From Candidatus Latescibacterota bacterium (GTDB taxonomy: Bacteria; Latescibacterota; UBA2968; GCA-2709665): a stretch of 64,000 nt of DNA. Under the pieces are notes generated by a model. The model had not been told where the DNA came from. It saw only the letters and a list, made by a program, of their open reading frames with translations, and made no database searches. The stretch is taken from the NCBI GenBank assembly GCA_965205485.1, contig OZ242180.1:2880001-2944000 (forward strand), written 5' to 3'. Both the position numbers and the translations under genes were made by a program. Of the stretch, positions 28,291 to 37,419 are shown in pieces; position 1 is the stretch's first letter; each line of letters starts with the position of its first letter.

Positions 28291-29451
28291 ATGAAGATCA
28301 TCGGCGCAACGTGCTTCTCTCTCAGGATTCCTTTCGTCGAGGCCTTCGGTCACAGCGCTTCGGTGCGGTCCCGCTCGGACTCGGTCGTCGTGCGCCTGAC
28401 TGCCGAAGACGGCACGGTGGGCTACGGAGAAGGGCTGCCGCGTCCGTACGTGACGGGTGAAACGGTCGAGACCTGCGTCGATCGCATCGCGAATTGTCTC
28501 TGGCCCGCCATTGCGGACTCAGACTTTGGGGCGTTGGAACCCGGCCCGGACACGGTTCGTACTCTGCAGCCCGCGGCTCGAACATTGCCCGACTGCGGTG
28601 ACGACGGTGTCGTTGCGTGGCACGCCGCAAGAGCGGCTTGCGAACTGGCTTTGCTCGACGTCCTGTTGCGTCGCGGTCAACTGTCACTGGGCGAGATTCT
28701 GAGGCCGATGCGTGGCTCCGTCACCTACAGCGGCGTCATCAGCGGCGGTTCCATCGATAGTGCGGTCCGGCTCGCACGGGTCTGTGCGAAATTCGGTCTT
28801 CAGGCTGTCAAAATGAAGATTGATGGAGACGATGCACGTGACCGCGTCGCGGCCGTCCGCGATGCTGTGGGCCCCGACGTCTCGCTCAGGGTCGACGCGA
28901 ACTGCGCGTACACGCCTGACGAAGCGGTTGCGACGCTCGAGGCCCTGGCGCCGTTTGATATCGCCTGCGCCGAGCAGCCCATTCCCCGCGGCGACCCTGC
29001 GGTGTTGGCGATTGTGCGGTCCCGGTCGCCAATTCCGATCATGGCCGACGAATCCCTTGTCACCCTGGCCGACGCGGAAGCGCTGATTCAGGCAGGCGCA
29101 TGCGATTTCTTCAATCTGCGCGTCTCCAAGTGCGGCGGTCTGGCCCGCACGCTGGAGATCGCGCGAATGGCCGACGGTGCCGGGTTGGGACTGCAACTTG
29201 GCTGCCAGGTGGGAGAATCCGCCATCCTCTCGGCCGCCGGGCGACACCTGGCCGCCCATCTCGAGCGGGTATCGTTTGTGGAGGGATCTTACGGAACCAT
29301 GCTGCTCGTCGAAGACGTGTCTGAAGAATCGGTTGCGTTCGGACAGGGCGGGACGGCGCCGCTGCTGGGAGGTCCGGGGCTCGGCGTCGACGTACGCGAC
29401 GACGTCCTGCGCGCCCACGCGGAGACCGCGATGACCCTTGGTGAGGTATAG
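28291..29451 (+). CDS. Enolase-superfamily (MLE/dipeptide epimerase subgroup) enzyme
   Basis: GYGEG.PR.YVTGE, KMK, RVDAN, EQP, ADES, NLRVSKCGG, GPGLG. Confidence 0.88.
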   Translation: MKIIGATCFSLRIPFVEAFGHSASVRSRSDSVVVRLTAEDGTVGYGEGLPRPYVTGETVETCVDRIANCLWPAIADSDFGALEPGPDTVRTLQPAARTLPDCGDDGVVAWHAARAACELALLDVLLRRGQLSLGEILRPMRGSVTYSGVISGGSIDSAVRLARVCAKFGLQAVKMKIDGDDARDRVAAVRDAVGPDVSLRVDANCAYTPDEAVATLEALAPFDIACAEQPIPRGDPAVLAIVRSRSPIPIMADESLVTLADAEALIQAGACDFFNLRVSKCGGLARTLEIARMADGAGLGLQLGCQVGESAILSAAGRHLAAHLERVSFVEGSYGTMLLVEDVSEESVAFGQGGTAPLLGGPGLGVDVRDDVLRAHAETAMTLGEV

Positions 29452-29454
29452 GTC

Positions 29455-31131
29455 TTGGGTAAGCTCGTCAAAGCGATTATCCGGGTGAAGGGCTCCGGCC
29501 TGGCGCGGAAACTCGACCGCGCGGCCGAACGCCCGCAAGACGTGCAGAACGCCTTCCTCATGCGCCTGGTGAAGGCCAATGCCAACACCGCGTTCGGGAC
29601 GGACCATGGCTTTGGGTCGATCCGCACGGAGGCCGACTACCGCCGCCAGGTCCCCGTCAGGGACTACGAAGGGCTGCGGCCCTACGTCAACCGGATCACC
29701 GCGGGCGAGCAGGCGGTCCTCACCTCCGCGGCGCCCCGTATGTTGAATATGACGAGCGGGACCACGGGAGAACCGAAGTACATTCCCGTGACGCCCGAGT
29801 CCATGAAGCTCGCGTCGAGTTTCTCCCTGGAGTGGATCTATCGCGCGCTTCAGGACCATTCCGGATTTCTGAACGGTGCATTTGTCGGGATTGTCAGCAG
29901 GGCAATCGAGGGTTACACACCCTCCGGACTCCCGTACGGCAGCGCGTCCGGTATGCTCTACCAGCGGATTCCCGGGCCGATCCGCAGCACTTACGCGGTC
30001 CCTTACGCGGTTTCAGAAATCAAGGACTACGACCGCCGCTATTTTGTGGCCGCGCGCCTGGCGCTGGCCAGGCGCGTTTCGTACATCGGAACACCCAATC
30101 CAAGCACGCTCATTCGCCTCGCGGAAACCGCACTCAATAACGCCGAGGCCATTGTTCGCGCGGTTCACGACGGCACCCCTGGCATCGACCTGCCGGACCA
30201 GCCGCAACTTGCCGATCAACTGTCCGCCCTCATTGAACCGGATCCCGACCGCGCAGGGATCCTCGAGAGCATACTGGAGCGGACCGGTAGTCTCCTTCCG
30301 GCGGATTGCTGGCCGGACCTGAAACTCATCGGGTGCTGGCTGGGAGGCAGCGTGGGGGTTCAGGCACGGAAGCTGCCGGAGTATTACGGCGACGTTCCCA
30401 TGCGCGACCTGGGCTTTCTGGCCAGCGAAGGACACTTCACCCTTCCGAACCGGGACAATACTGCTTCGGGCATTCTCTCGCTGAACGGTAACTATTACGA
30501 GTTCATCCCCGAGGCGTCGCTGGATGACGCCGATCCACCGGTGTTGTCCAGTCACGAACTGGAGTCGGGCGTGAACTATGCCGTGCTGCTGACCACCCCC
30601 GGAGGGCTTTACCGTTACGATATTCACGACATCGTACAGGTGACCGGTTTCTACCGGAACGCCCCGCTGCTGGCCTTCATCCGCAAGGGCCGCGACATGA
30701 CGAGCATCACGGGCGAGAAAATGCACGTGAACCATCTTCTTCTGGCGCTCGAAGAGGTCCGCCGCCGGTATGACGTCTCCGTGGTCGAGCAGTTCCGGGT
30801 GGTGGCGAACGTGGAGGCCCGCCGGTACGAGATCTACGCGGAGTTGAAGGGAGAGTTCTCGCGGGATTTCCTGTTACACGAGGTGATTCCCCACCTGGAC
30901 CATGCACTGGCGGGGGTCAACGTGGAATACGCCGAGAAACGCGGTTCCCGAAGGCTGGCGCCGCCGTGCCTCCATCTGATGCGTCCGGGCTGGGCGGAAG
31001 CCGAGGTGCTGCGCGCCGCGGGCGCGGGGAAGCGGGATATCCAGTACAAATGGCGGATTCTCAGCGACGAACCCGCCGACGAGGACGCCGACGCGATTCT
31101 GAATACGCTCGAGACGGTGGAGGAGGGTTAG
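29455..31131 (+). CDS. GH3-family acyl-acid amido synthetase (adenylate-forming)
   Basis: TSGTTGEPKYIP P-loop, ASEG, YYEFIP, TTPGGLYRYDIHD, TGEK. Confidence 0.92.
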   Translation: MGKLVKAIIRVKGSGLARKLDRAAERPQDVQNAFLMRLVKANANTAFGTDHGFGSIRTEADYRRQVPVRDYEGLRPYVNRITAGEQAVLTSAAPRMLNMTSGTTGEPKYIPVTPESMKLASSFSLEWIYRALQDHSGFLNGAFVGIVSRAIEGYTPSGLPYGSASGMLYQRIPGPIRSTYAVPYAVSEIKDYDRRYFVAARLALARRVSYIGTPNPSTLIRLAETALNNAEAIVRAVHDGTPGIDLPDQPQLADQLSALIEPDPDRAGILESILERTGSLLPADCWPDLKLIGCWLGGSVGVQARKLPEYYGDVPMRDLGFLASEGHFTLPNRDNTASGILSLNGNYYEFIPEASLDDADPPVLSSHELESGVNYAVLLTTPGGLYRYDIHDIVQVTGFYRNAPLLAFIRKGRDMTSITGEKMHVNHLLLALEEVRRRYDVSVVEQFRVVANVEARRYEIYAELKGEFSRDFLLHEVIPHLDHALAGVNVEYAEKRGSRRLAPPCLHLMRPGWAEAEVLRAAGAGKRDIQYKWRILSDEPADEDADAILNTLETVEEG

Positions 31132-31162
31132 TCCCGTCACGGAATTGAAATCGGGATGATTT

Positions 31163-32524
31163 CTACTCGCGCCTGAGGACCGTCATCGGCATGCCGTACA
31201 GCGGCCATGTCTTCACGTCCATCGAAGGCGTAACGGGATGCCCGCGCACAAGCTGAAGCTGGTACCGCCGGACCACCATCGCCAGCACCAGGACGGCTTC
31301 CAGCATCGCGAAGTTTCCGCCCAGGCAGATCCGGGGTCCGGCGCTGAAGGGAAGGTAGGCGTAGCGGGAGCGTCGTTCCGTCTGCTCCGGGGTAAATCGT
31401 TCCGGGTCGAATTTTTCCGGGTTTTCCCACAGAGTAGGATGGCGTTGCGTGATATAGGGACTCACCAGCACGAGTGAGCCCGCGGGGATGCGGTACCCGT
31501 CAATCTCGTCGTCGCCCGCGGCCTCCCGGACGATCACCTTGATCGGCGGGTAGAGGCGCATCGCTTCCTGGAATACCATTCGGGCGTAGCTCAGTTCATG
31601 GACGGTCTGCATGGTGGGCGGACGCCCGTTCAGGATTGAACGCTGCTCCTCCCACAGCCTTCCCGCAACCCGTGGATGCCGATCCAGCAGGTACCACGTC
31701 CACGTCAGCGCATGCATCGTTGTCTGATATCCCGCAACGAACAGCGTGACCAGTTCGTCCCGCAGCTGCCGCCGGTCCATCCGCACACCCGTTTCTTCGT
31801 CCCGGGCATTCATGAGTACCGAGAGCAGATCCTCTTCCACTGTATGGTCGCGCCGCTCGTTGATGCGTTCGTCGATGTACCGGTGGATTTCGCTGAGGGA
31901 TTGTTTGAATCGCCGGTTCGCGGACGAGGGGACGAACATGGGCAGCGCGATCAGATCTGCGGAACGCCGGTCGATGAACCCGACGCAGTACTGAAATGCT
32001 TCGTCGATCCGACCCGCCTCGTCGTTCAGGTCCCTGCTGAACAGGATGCGAACGATGATATTTCCCGTCAGGCGCGCCATCTCCTCGTCGACCTGAATCA
32101 CACGCTCGCCATCCGCCAGGGGTTCCCATCGCGTGAGCATCTCGCGAATCGCGTTCACCATCACGTCCATGAAGCGCATCGTGCCCCTTGGCGTGAAGAA
32201 CGGCTGCATGATCCGGTGCTGTCGCTCCCAGAGTTCGCCCTCGCTGGTTATCAGGCCCTCTCCCAGCAGCAGCTTCTGGTCGTCGTATCCATATCCCTTG
32301 AAATAGGTGCGCCTTTTGCGCACCAGCACGTGTTCGATGTGCTCCGGGCGGGTGACCAGGTGCACCGTCTTGCCCCTGATGTCCAGCCGGACCACGTCCC
32401 CATACCTGGACCAGGCATCCATCAGGTACCGGACGGGGTCCTTACGAAACGGAAGCACGCAGCCCAGAAGGGGAAGCCCGCGCGGTCCGGGCGCGCGCGA
32501 CGTGGCAGGGGATGTATCAGACAT
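31163..32524 (-). CDS. Cytochrome P450
   Basis: PGPRGLP, AGYQTT I-helix, EAMRLYPP, FDPERF, FSAGPRICLG heme motif. Confidence 0.95.
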   Translation of the reverse strand: MSDTSPATSRAPGPRGLPLLGCVLPFRKDPVRYLMDAWSRYGDVVRLDIRGKTVHLVTRPEHIEHVLVRKRRTYFKGYGYDDQKLLLGEGLITSEGELWERQHRIMQPFFTPRGTMRFMDVMVNAIREMLTRWEPLADGERVIQVDEEMARLTGNIIVRILFSRDLNDEAGRIDEAFQYCVGFIDRRSADLIALPMFVPSSANRRFKQSLSEIHRYIDERINERRDHTVEEDLLSVLMNARDEETGVRMDRRQLRDELVTLFVAGYQTTMHALTWTWYLLDRHPRVAGRLWEEQRSILNGRPPTMQTVHELSYARMVFQEAMRLYPPIKVIVREAAGDDEIDGYRIPAGSLVLVSPYITQRHPTLWENPEKFDPERFTPEQTERRSRYAYLPFSAGPRICLGGNFAMLEAVLVLAMVVRRYQLQLVRGHPVTPSMDVKTWPLYGMPMTVLRRE

Positions 32525-32602
32525 GATCTTCACGACCCTCGCACGGGCTGCCGTGGCGGCGTACCGCGCTTCGGTCCGGGCCTCCGCCGATAGCCGCAGA
32601 GC

Positions 32603-33877
32603 TCACTTGGGGATTTCGGCCGTCAGGATACGTGGATCTCCGGCCGTGATGAGCACGTTGTCCTCGATCCGGACACCGCCCACCGGCCGCCAGGGTTCCA
32701 GAGCATCCCAGTTGACCATATCGGCGAATCGTTCGCGCCGTTCGGGGTCGTCGAGCAATGCGGGAACGAAGTACACACCGGGCTCGACGGTCATCAGGAA
32801 GTCTTCCTCCAGCGGAAGGTCCACGCGCATCCGGATACCGCAATGGACACTGACTTCGCGCCCGGCCGCGAGGCCGCCCACGTCCCGAACGCCAAGGCCG
32901 ACCATGTGGCCGACGCCGTGGGGCAGGAAGAGGGAGATGGCGCCGCCTTCGAGGAGGTCGTCGGGCGTGCCTTTCAGAATGCCCAGGTCACAAAGCCCCA
33001 GGGCGATTACGGCGGCCGCGGCACGGTGAACTTCGTGCCATTCGACGTCTTTGCGGCACGTGGAGATGGCTTCCAGCTGAGCGGCGAGGACGAGGTCGTA
33101 GATGGCCTGCTGCCTCGGCGTGAAGCGGTCTGCAGCCGGGTAGGTGCGGGTGACGTCGGCCGCATAGCCTGCGATGGACGCGCCGGCGTCGATGAGGACC
33201 AGGTCGTCGGGTTCCACGATCCGGTCGCCGGGTTCGAAATGAAGTACGGCCGCGTGAGTTCCCGCGCCGACGATGGTGTCGAAGGCGGCGCCGTCGGCGC
33301 CCTGCCGGAACATCTCGGCCTCGAGTTCAATGCGGATGCGGCGTTCGCTGACACCGGGCCGGATTGTTTCGCGGGCTCTCGCGTGGCCGGCTGCGGTTGC
33401 CGCGGCCGCCCGTTCGATCAGTGCGACCTCGGCGGCGTCCTTCCGGCGACGGACGCCATCGATGGATACCTGAAGCGCCGCTACCTGCTGAGGGTCGTTT
33501 TTGACGTTGTCCACGGCCGCGCCGATGACCGCGACGGGGTGGCCTGCACGTTGATCCAGCCAGCCCTGAAGTCCGGCGACGTCGTCGCCTTCGACGTCTT
33601 CACCGCCGCCTTCCCACAGCCGTTCGTTCTGTGAGACCGGCCGCACGAAGTGTCTCCAGCCATCCTGAGGATCGTAGGCCAGAACGCCACCCCAGCGTCT
33701 CGAACCCGTGAGCCAGTAGTATTCCGGATAGGGAATGAACGGATAGGTCTGGTCCTGTCCGCCGGGAATCTGAACGGGCTTCCCGGCGCCGAAGAGTACG
33801 ATCGGAGGGTCGTCACCGAAGGCATCGGCCGCACGCTGCCGCCGTCGTTCCAGCACGTCATTTTCAAATATGGCCAT
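32603..33877 (-). CDS. Xaa-Pro aminopeptidase/prolidase (M24B)
   Basis: LIDAG, DVTRT, HGVGH.VGL.VRD, TVEPG, GGVRIEDNV. Confidence 0.9.
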   Translation of the reverse strand: MAIFENDVLERRRQRAADAFGDDPPIVLFGAGKPVQIPGGQDQTYPFIPYPEYYWLTGSRRWGGVLAYDPQDGWRHFVRPVSQNERLWEGGGEDVEGDDVAGLQGWLDQRAGHPVAVIGAAVDNVKNDPQQVAALQVSIDGVRRRKDAAEVALIERAAAATAAGHARARETIRPGVSERRIRIELEAEMFRQGADGAAFDTIVGAGTHAAVLHFEPGDRIVEPDDLVLIDAGASIAGYAADVTRTYPAADRFTPRQQAIYDLVLAAQLEAISTCRKDVEWHEVHRAAAAVIALGLCDLGILKGTPDDLLEGGAISLFLPHGVGHMVGLGVRDVGGLAAGREVSVHCGIRMRVDLPLEEDFLMTVEPGVYFVPALLDDPERRERFADMVNWDALEPWRPVGGVRIEDNVLITAGDPRILTAEIPK

Positions 33878-33886
33878 GGGGTCTTC

Positions 33887-34651
33887 TCAAATCAGATTTT
33901 CGCGACGGAAGATCAGGTTCTGAACGATGCCCTCCGAGTAGTCGACCGGGCCGACGTTGGCCAGGGCGAAGCCCCGTTCGAAGAATGCCGTTTCAATCTT
34001 TTCGGCCATGTCTTCGAACATATACACTTCGATGAGCACAGTCTTGAGCCTCGCGTCCTCGAGCGTTCGCGATGCGCCGGCGACGATCTTGTCCTCGATG
34101 CCGTCGACGTCGATTTTGACGTGGTTCGGAAAGGGCAGGCCGAATCGGCAGGTGAGGTCGTCCAGTGAGACGGCCATCGTTCCCTGCCGGTTCTGCGGCT
34201 CGAAGGGCACGGCGCCCTGGGTTACGGGTTCGCCCAATGCGTGGAGCGCGGCGCCGGGGGCGAAGGTTTTGGAGTAGAAATGCTGGATGGCCGTGCGGTC
34301 CGATACGGCGATGGGGTAGGCCGTGACAATGTTCGCCAGGCCGTTCAGCAGGATGTTCCTGTTCAGCTTGGCGTGATTGAGCGTTTCCGGCTCAAAGGCG
34401 AGGATCCGCGCCTGCCCATCAAGTCTACGTGCCGCGTAAAGCGAGTACTGCCCGATATTTGCGCCGATGTCGTAAATCGTCTCGCCCGGCCGGAACCAGG
34501 TGTCGATCCAGTCCAGCGTATCGGGCTCTTTCTCGTTGAACGAACTCGCCCGCCAGAGTTCGTGGTTCCTGGAGGCCTCGCTCTCACCGTCCGTTTCAAC
34601 GTCGATGAGGATGGTCTGTTCCCGCACGTTGCAGGTGATTGTCTTGCCCAA
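33887..34651 (-). CDS. FkbM-family methyltransferase
   Basis: KEPDT..W, YDIGANIG.YS, AFEP, KIDVDG.E. Confidence 0.9.
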   Translation of the reverse strand: MGKTITCNVREQTILIDVETDGESEASRNHELWRASSFNEKEPDTLDWIDTWFRPGETIYDIGANIGQYSLYAARRLDGQARILAFEPETLNHAKLNRNILLNGLANIVTAYPIAVSDRTAIQHFYSKTFAPGAALHALGEPVTQGAVPFEPQNRQGTMAVSLDDLTCRFGLPFPNHVKIDVDGIEDKIVAGASRTLEDARLKTVLIEVYMFEDMAEKIETAFFERGFALANVGPVDYSEGIVQNLIFRRENLI

Positions 34652-34721
34652 GTTCGGTTCCTCAAAATGGTAGTTTTTTTATCAAAGTCATTGTATTATG
34701 GTAACGAAAATGACCGCGTCT

Positions 34722-34750
34722 GTAGGGGCAGGTTTGAAACCTGCCCCTAC
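34722..34750. repeat. GTAG-type REP-like palindrome
   Basis: GTAGGGGCAGGTTT-G-AAACCTGCCCCTAC, a perfect 14-bp inverted repeat in intergenic DNA. Confidence 0.8.
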
Positions 34751-34894
34751 CTGTGTCGAGAGATGTCGTGAGATACGGGTCACTGCTGGCGAGTGTCAAC
34801 GGTACGTGCCGTTCCACGCCAGCGATCAGTCGAAACCGTGCAGACCGCAGTGCCAATATGATAAGGAATCAGACCGATTATGCAAGGAGCGCGT

Positions 34895-35884
34895 ATGGCC
34901 AGGGCGTTTAATGTGTACGGCATCGGCAATGCGCTGGTGGATATTCAGTATCGGGTAACGCCTGACTTTCTCGCCAGGTTCGGAATCGAGAAGGGTGTCA
35001 TGACGTTGATTGAAGAGGACCGGCACCACGAACTCCTCGATCGTCTGGGCGATGACGTCCTGAAGCGCTCGTCTGGCGGATCCGCTGCAAATACGATGAT
35101 TGCCGTGGCCAGTCTTGGCGGAACGGCATACTATGCGTGCAAGGTGGCAAGGGACGCGTACGGGGACTTCTATCTCCGGGACCTGGCAGAAGCCGGTGTG
35201 GCTTCCAACCGGTTTCAGGGGGAGGGCATCACGGGCAAGTGTCTGGTTATGATCACGGATGACGCCGATCGTACCATGAATACGTATCTCGGCATAACCG
35301 GAACGTTCGGTCCCGAGCAGCTTGAGTCCGACGTGATCCGGCGGAGCGACTATCTATATATTGAAGGGTACCTGGTGGCCTCCGACGTTGGGTTCGCCTC
35401 GGCAATTGCCGCCCAGGCCGAAGCGCAGGCCGGGGGAACACGGGTGTCGTTGTCGTTGAGCGACCCCTCGATCGTGGCCGCGTTCGGGGACCGGATGCGC
35501 ACGCTGGTAACCCGCGGGGTGGATCTGCTGTTTTGTAACGAGGACGAGGCGCGGGCGTTCAGCGAAGCGGGCGAGACGGATGAGGCTTGCGTTGCGCTCG
35601 AGACGATGGTGGGCGCATACGCGGTCACGTGTGAGGCCAACGGCGCCATTGTATGGGACGGAGTCCAGCGGTTCGGTTCGCCGGGATTCAGCGTTGATGC
35701 GGTAGACACCAACGGCGCGGGGGACATGTTCGCCGGGGCCTATCTGTTTGGGATTACCCGGGGATTGGACGCGGAACAATCGGCGAAACTGGCGAACTAC
35801 GCATCGATGCGCGTGGTGGCGCAGTACGGGCCGCGGCTGGAGGAGTCGCTCAAGGATGAGACAGGGCGGATTCTGAGCATGTGA
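34895..35884 (+). CDS. PfkB-family kinase (adenosine kinase-like)
   Basis: GIGNALVD, GGSAANT, RTM.T.LG, YIEGY, FCNEDE, DTNGAGDMFAG. Confidence 0.92.
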   Translation: MARAFNVYGIGNALVDIQYRVTPDFLARFGIEKGVMTLIEEDRHHELLDRLGDDVLKRSSGGSAANTMIAVASLGGTAYYACKVARDAYGDFYLRDLAEAGVASNRFQGEGITGKCLVMITDDADRTMNTYLGITGTFGPEQLESDVIRRSDYLYIEGYLVASDVGFASAIAAQAEAQAGGTRVSLSLSDPSIVAAFGDRMRTLVTRGVDLLFCNEDEARAFSEAGETDEACVALETMVGAYAVTCEANGAIVWDGVQRFGSPGFSVDAVDTNGAGDMFAGAYLFGITRGLDAEQSAKLANYASMRVVAQYGPRLEESLKDETGRILSM

Positions 35885-35958
35885 TTCCTTGCCGGTGCAT
35901 TTCTAACAGACTGAAAATAATATGGATGATGGGGATACCGTCCTTCGGGGCGGTTTTT

Positions 35959-37230
35959 TCATGCATTCGCTTCCCGTGCGGCCGGAGCGTTTCGGAAACC
36001 GGACATGGCGAGCGTGACCGCAACGACGAACAGGGACGCGATGGCGCACGTGCCAAAGACGGCGAAAGGCGCGCCGAAGCGTTCGGCCACCGCGCCCGTA
36101 CTCAGGCGGCCCGGCGGCCCCGTGCCGATTGCAAGGACGATGCCGCCCATGGCGCGGCTTCGCATGTCGTCCCGCGCCGACAGCAGGACGATGGTGCTCT
36201 GGAGGAGACCGAATGCCGCGTGGCCGATTCCCGACAGGGTGAGAAGTCCCAGCGAGAGATAGAAGCCGGTCGAAGTGGAGAATGCAGCCACGGCGGCGGC
36301 CATCAGAAACGATCCGCCCGCATAGAGCCAGCTGACTCCAACATGGCGGCGGAGCCTGCTCACCATCCAGAGACCGGCAAACGCGCCGACTCCGTTGGCG
36401 GACGCGAGCACACCGAAACCGACCGGGCCCTGATTCAGGATATCTCTCGCGAACACCGGCAGCAGCGCCTGATAGGGAAAGACCAGGAAGTTCATGGCAA
36501 CGGTAATGAGCGTAACGCCCAGAATCGCCGGATTGCGACGGATATAGCGCAGCCCTTCCACGGTCCGGGTCCAGTAGGAAGCGTCCGTGGGCGTTCTCTC
36601 GAGGACGGGTTGCCTGGAGAGCCGGAAAAGGATCAATAGAGAAGCAAGGGCAATTCCGGTCAGAATCAGAAAACAGCCAAGAGGTCCCAGGGTCGCGTAG
36701 AATGCGCCGCTGGAAAAGGGTCCGGCAACCCGGGTGATGTTCTGGGAGATTCCCTCGAGGAGCATCGCGTCCATGGTTCGCGCTCTGCCCACGAGATCGG
36801 GAAGCAACGACCTTCGGGCGGTCCAGTCCACCGCCCAGGTCGTTCCCATGACCAGTGCGGCGACGGCCAGATGCCACACGGCGAGGCGGTCAGCCAGGAT
36901 AATCAGGGCGATCAGGAGGGATACGAGAAGATTGACCACCTGGGAGAAGATAATGATCTTCCGGCGGCCGAACCGGTCGGTCAGGGGACCTGAGACGAAG
37001 CCGACCACCAGCAGCGGGGCCATGCGGTAGAAACCGATCAGCGACACCTGCCAGGCCGAGTCCGTTAGCTCCAGGACCAGCCAGCCGGCCACGATGATTT
37101 CCATCCACATGAACTGCCACCAGAGGGCGTTGCTGGCCAGCAGACGGCGGTAGTCCGGGGTGTTCAGCGGCGCGAGCGCACCGTGCAGATTGGAGGGCGT
37201 TTCGGAGGGTCCTTCGGATCGCTGGGACAT
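35959..37230 (-). CDS. MFS transporter (MFS_3/EntS-like)
   Basis: WLVLELTDS, G.LTDRFGRR, EGLRYIRR; about 12 TM segments. Confidence 0.88.
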   Translation of the reverse strand: MSQRSEGPSETPSNLHGALAPLNTPDYRRLLASNALWWQFMWMEIIVAGWLVLELTDSAWQVSLIGFYRMAPLLVVGFVSGPLTDRFGRRKIIIFSQVVNLLVSLLIALIILADRLAVWHLAVAALVMGTTWAVDWTARRSLLPDLVGRARTMDAMLLEGISQNITRVAGPFSSGAFYATLGPLGCFLILTGIALASLLILFRLSRQPVLERTPTDASYWTRTVEGLRYIRRNPAILGVTLITVAMNFLVFPYQALLPVFARDILNQGPVGFGVLASANGVGAFAGLWMVSRLRRHVGVSWLYAGGSFLMAAAVAAFSTSTGFYLSLGLLTLSGIGHAAFGLLQSTIVLLSARDDMRSRAMGGIVLAIGTGPPGRLSTGAVAERFGAPFAVFGTCAIASLFVVAVTLAMSGFRNAPAAREANA

Positions 37231-37419
37231 GGACGCTTCGGGTGACGTCAATGAATCGCTTCGGAACGGACCGGGAACTCAGTGATGAAGCGCGAAAGCT
37301 GGATCTACCGTTCAGCCTGAAACAACCATACTGACTTCACTCCCGCAACACTGGATCTCGTCCTGTCACGCGAGCCCACAACAAGCCTAGTCGAGTGTAT
37401 CCACTTCTCGCGTGCAATC

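Noticed and set aside
28291..29451. menC (o-succinylbenzoate synthase) assignment
   Set aside because: No men genes nearby, and the window encodes the alternative futalosine pathway (mqnB, mqnD).
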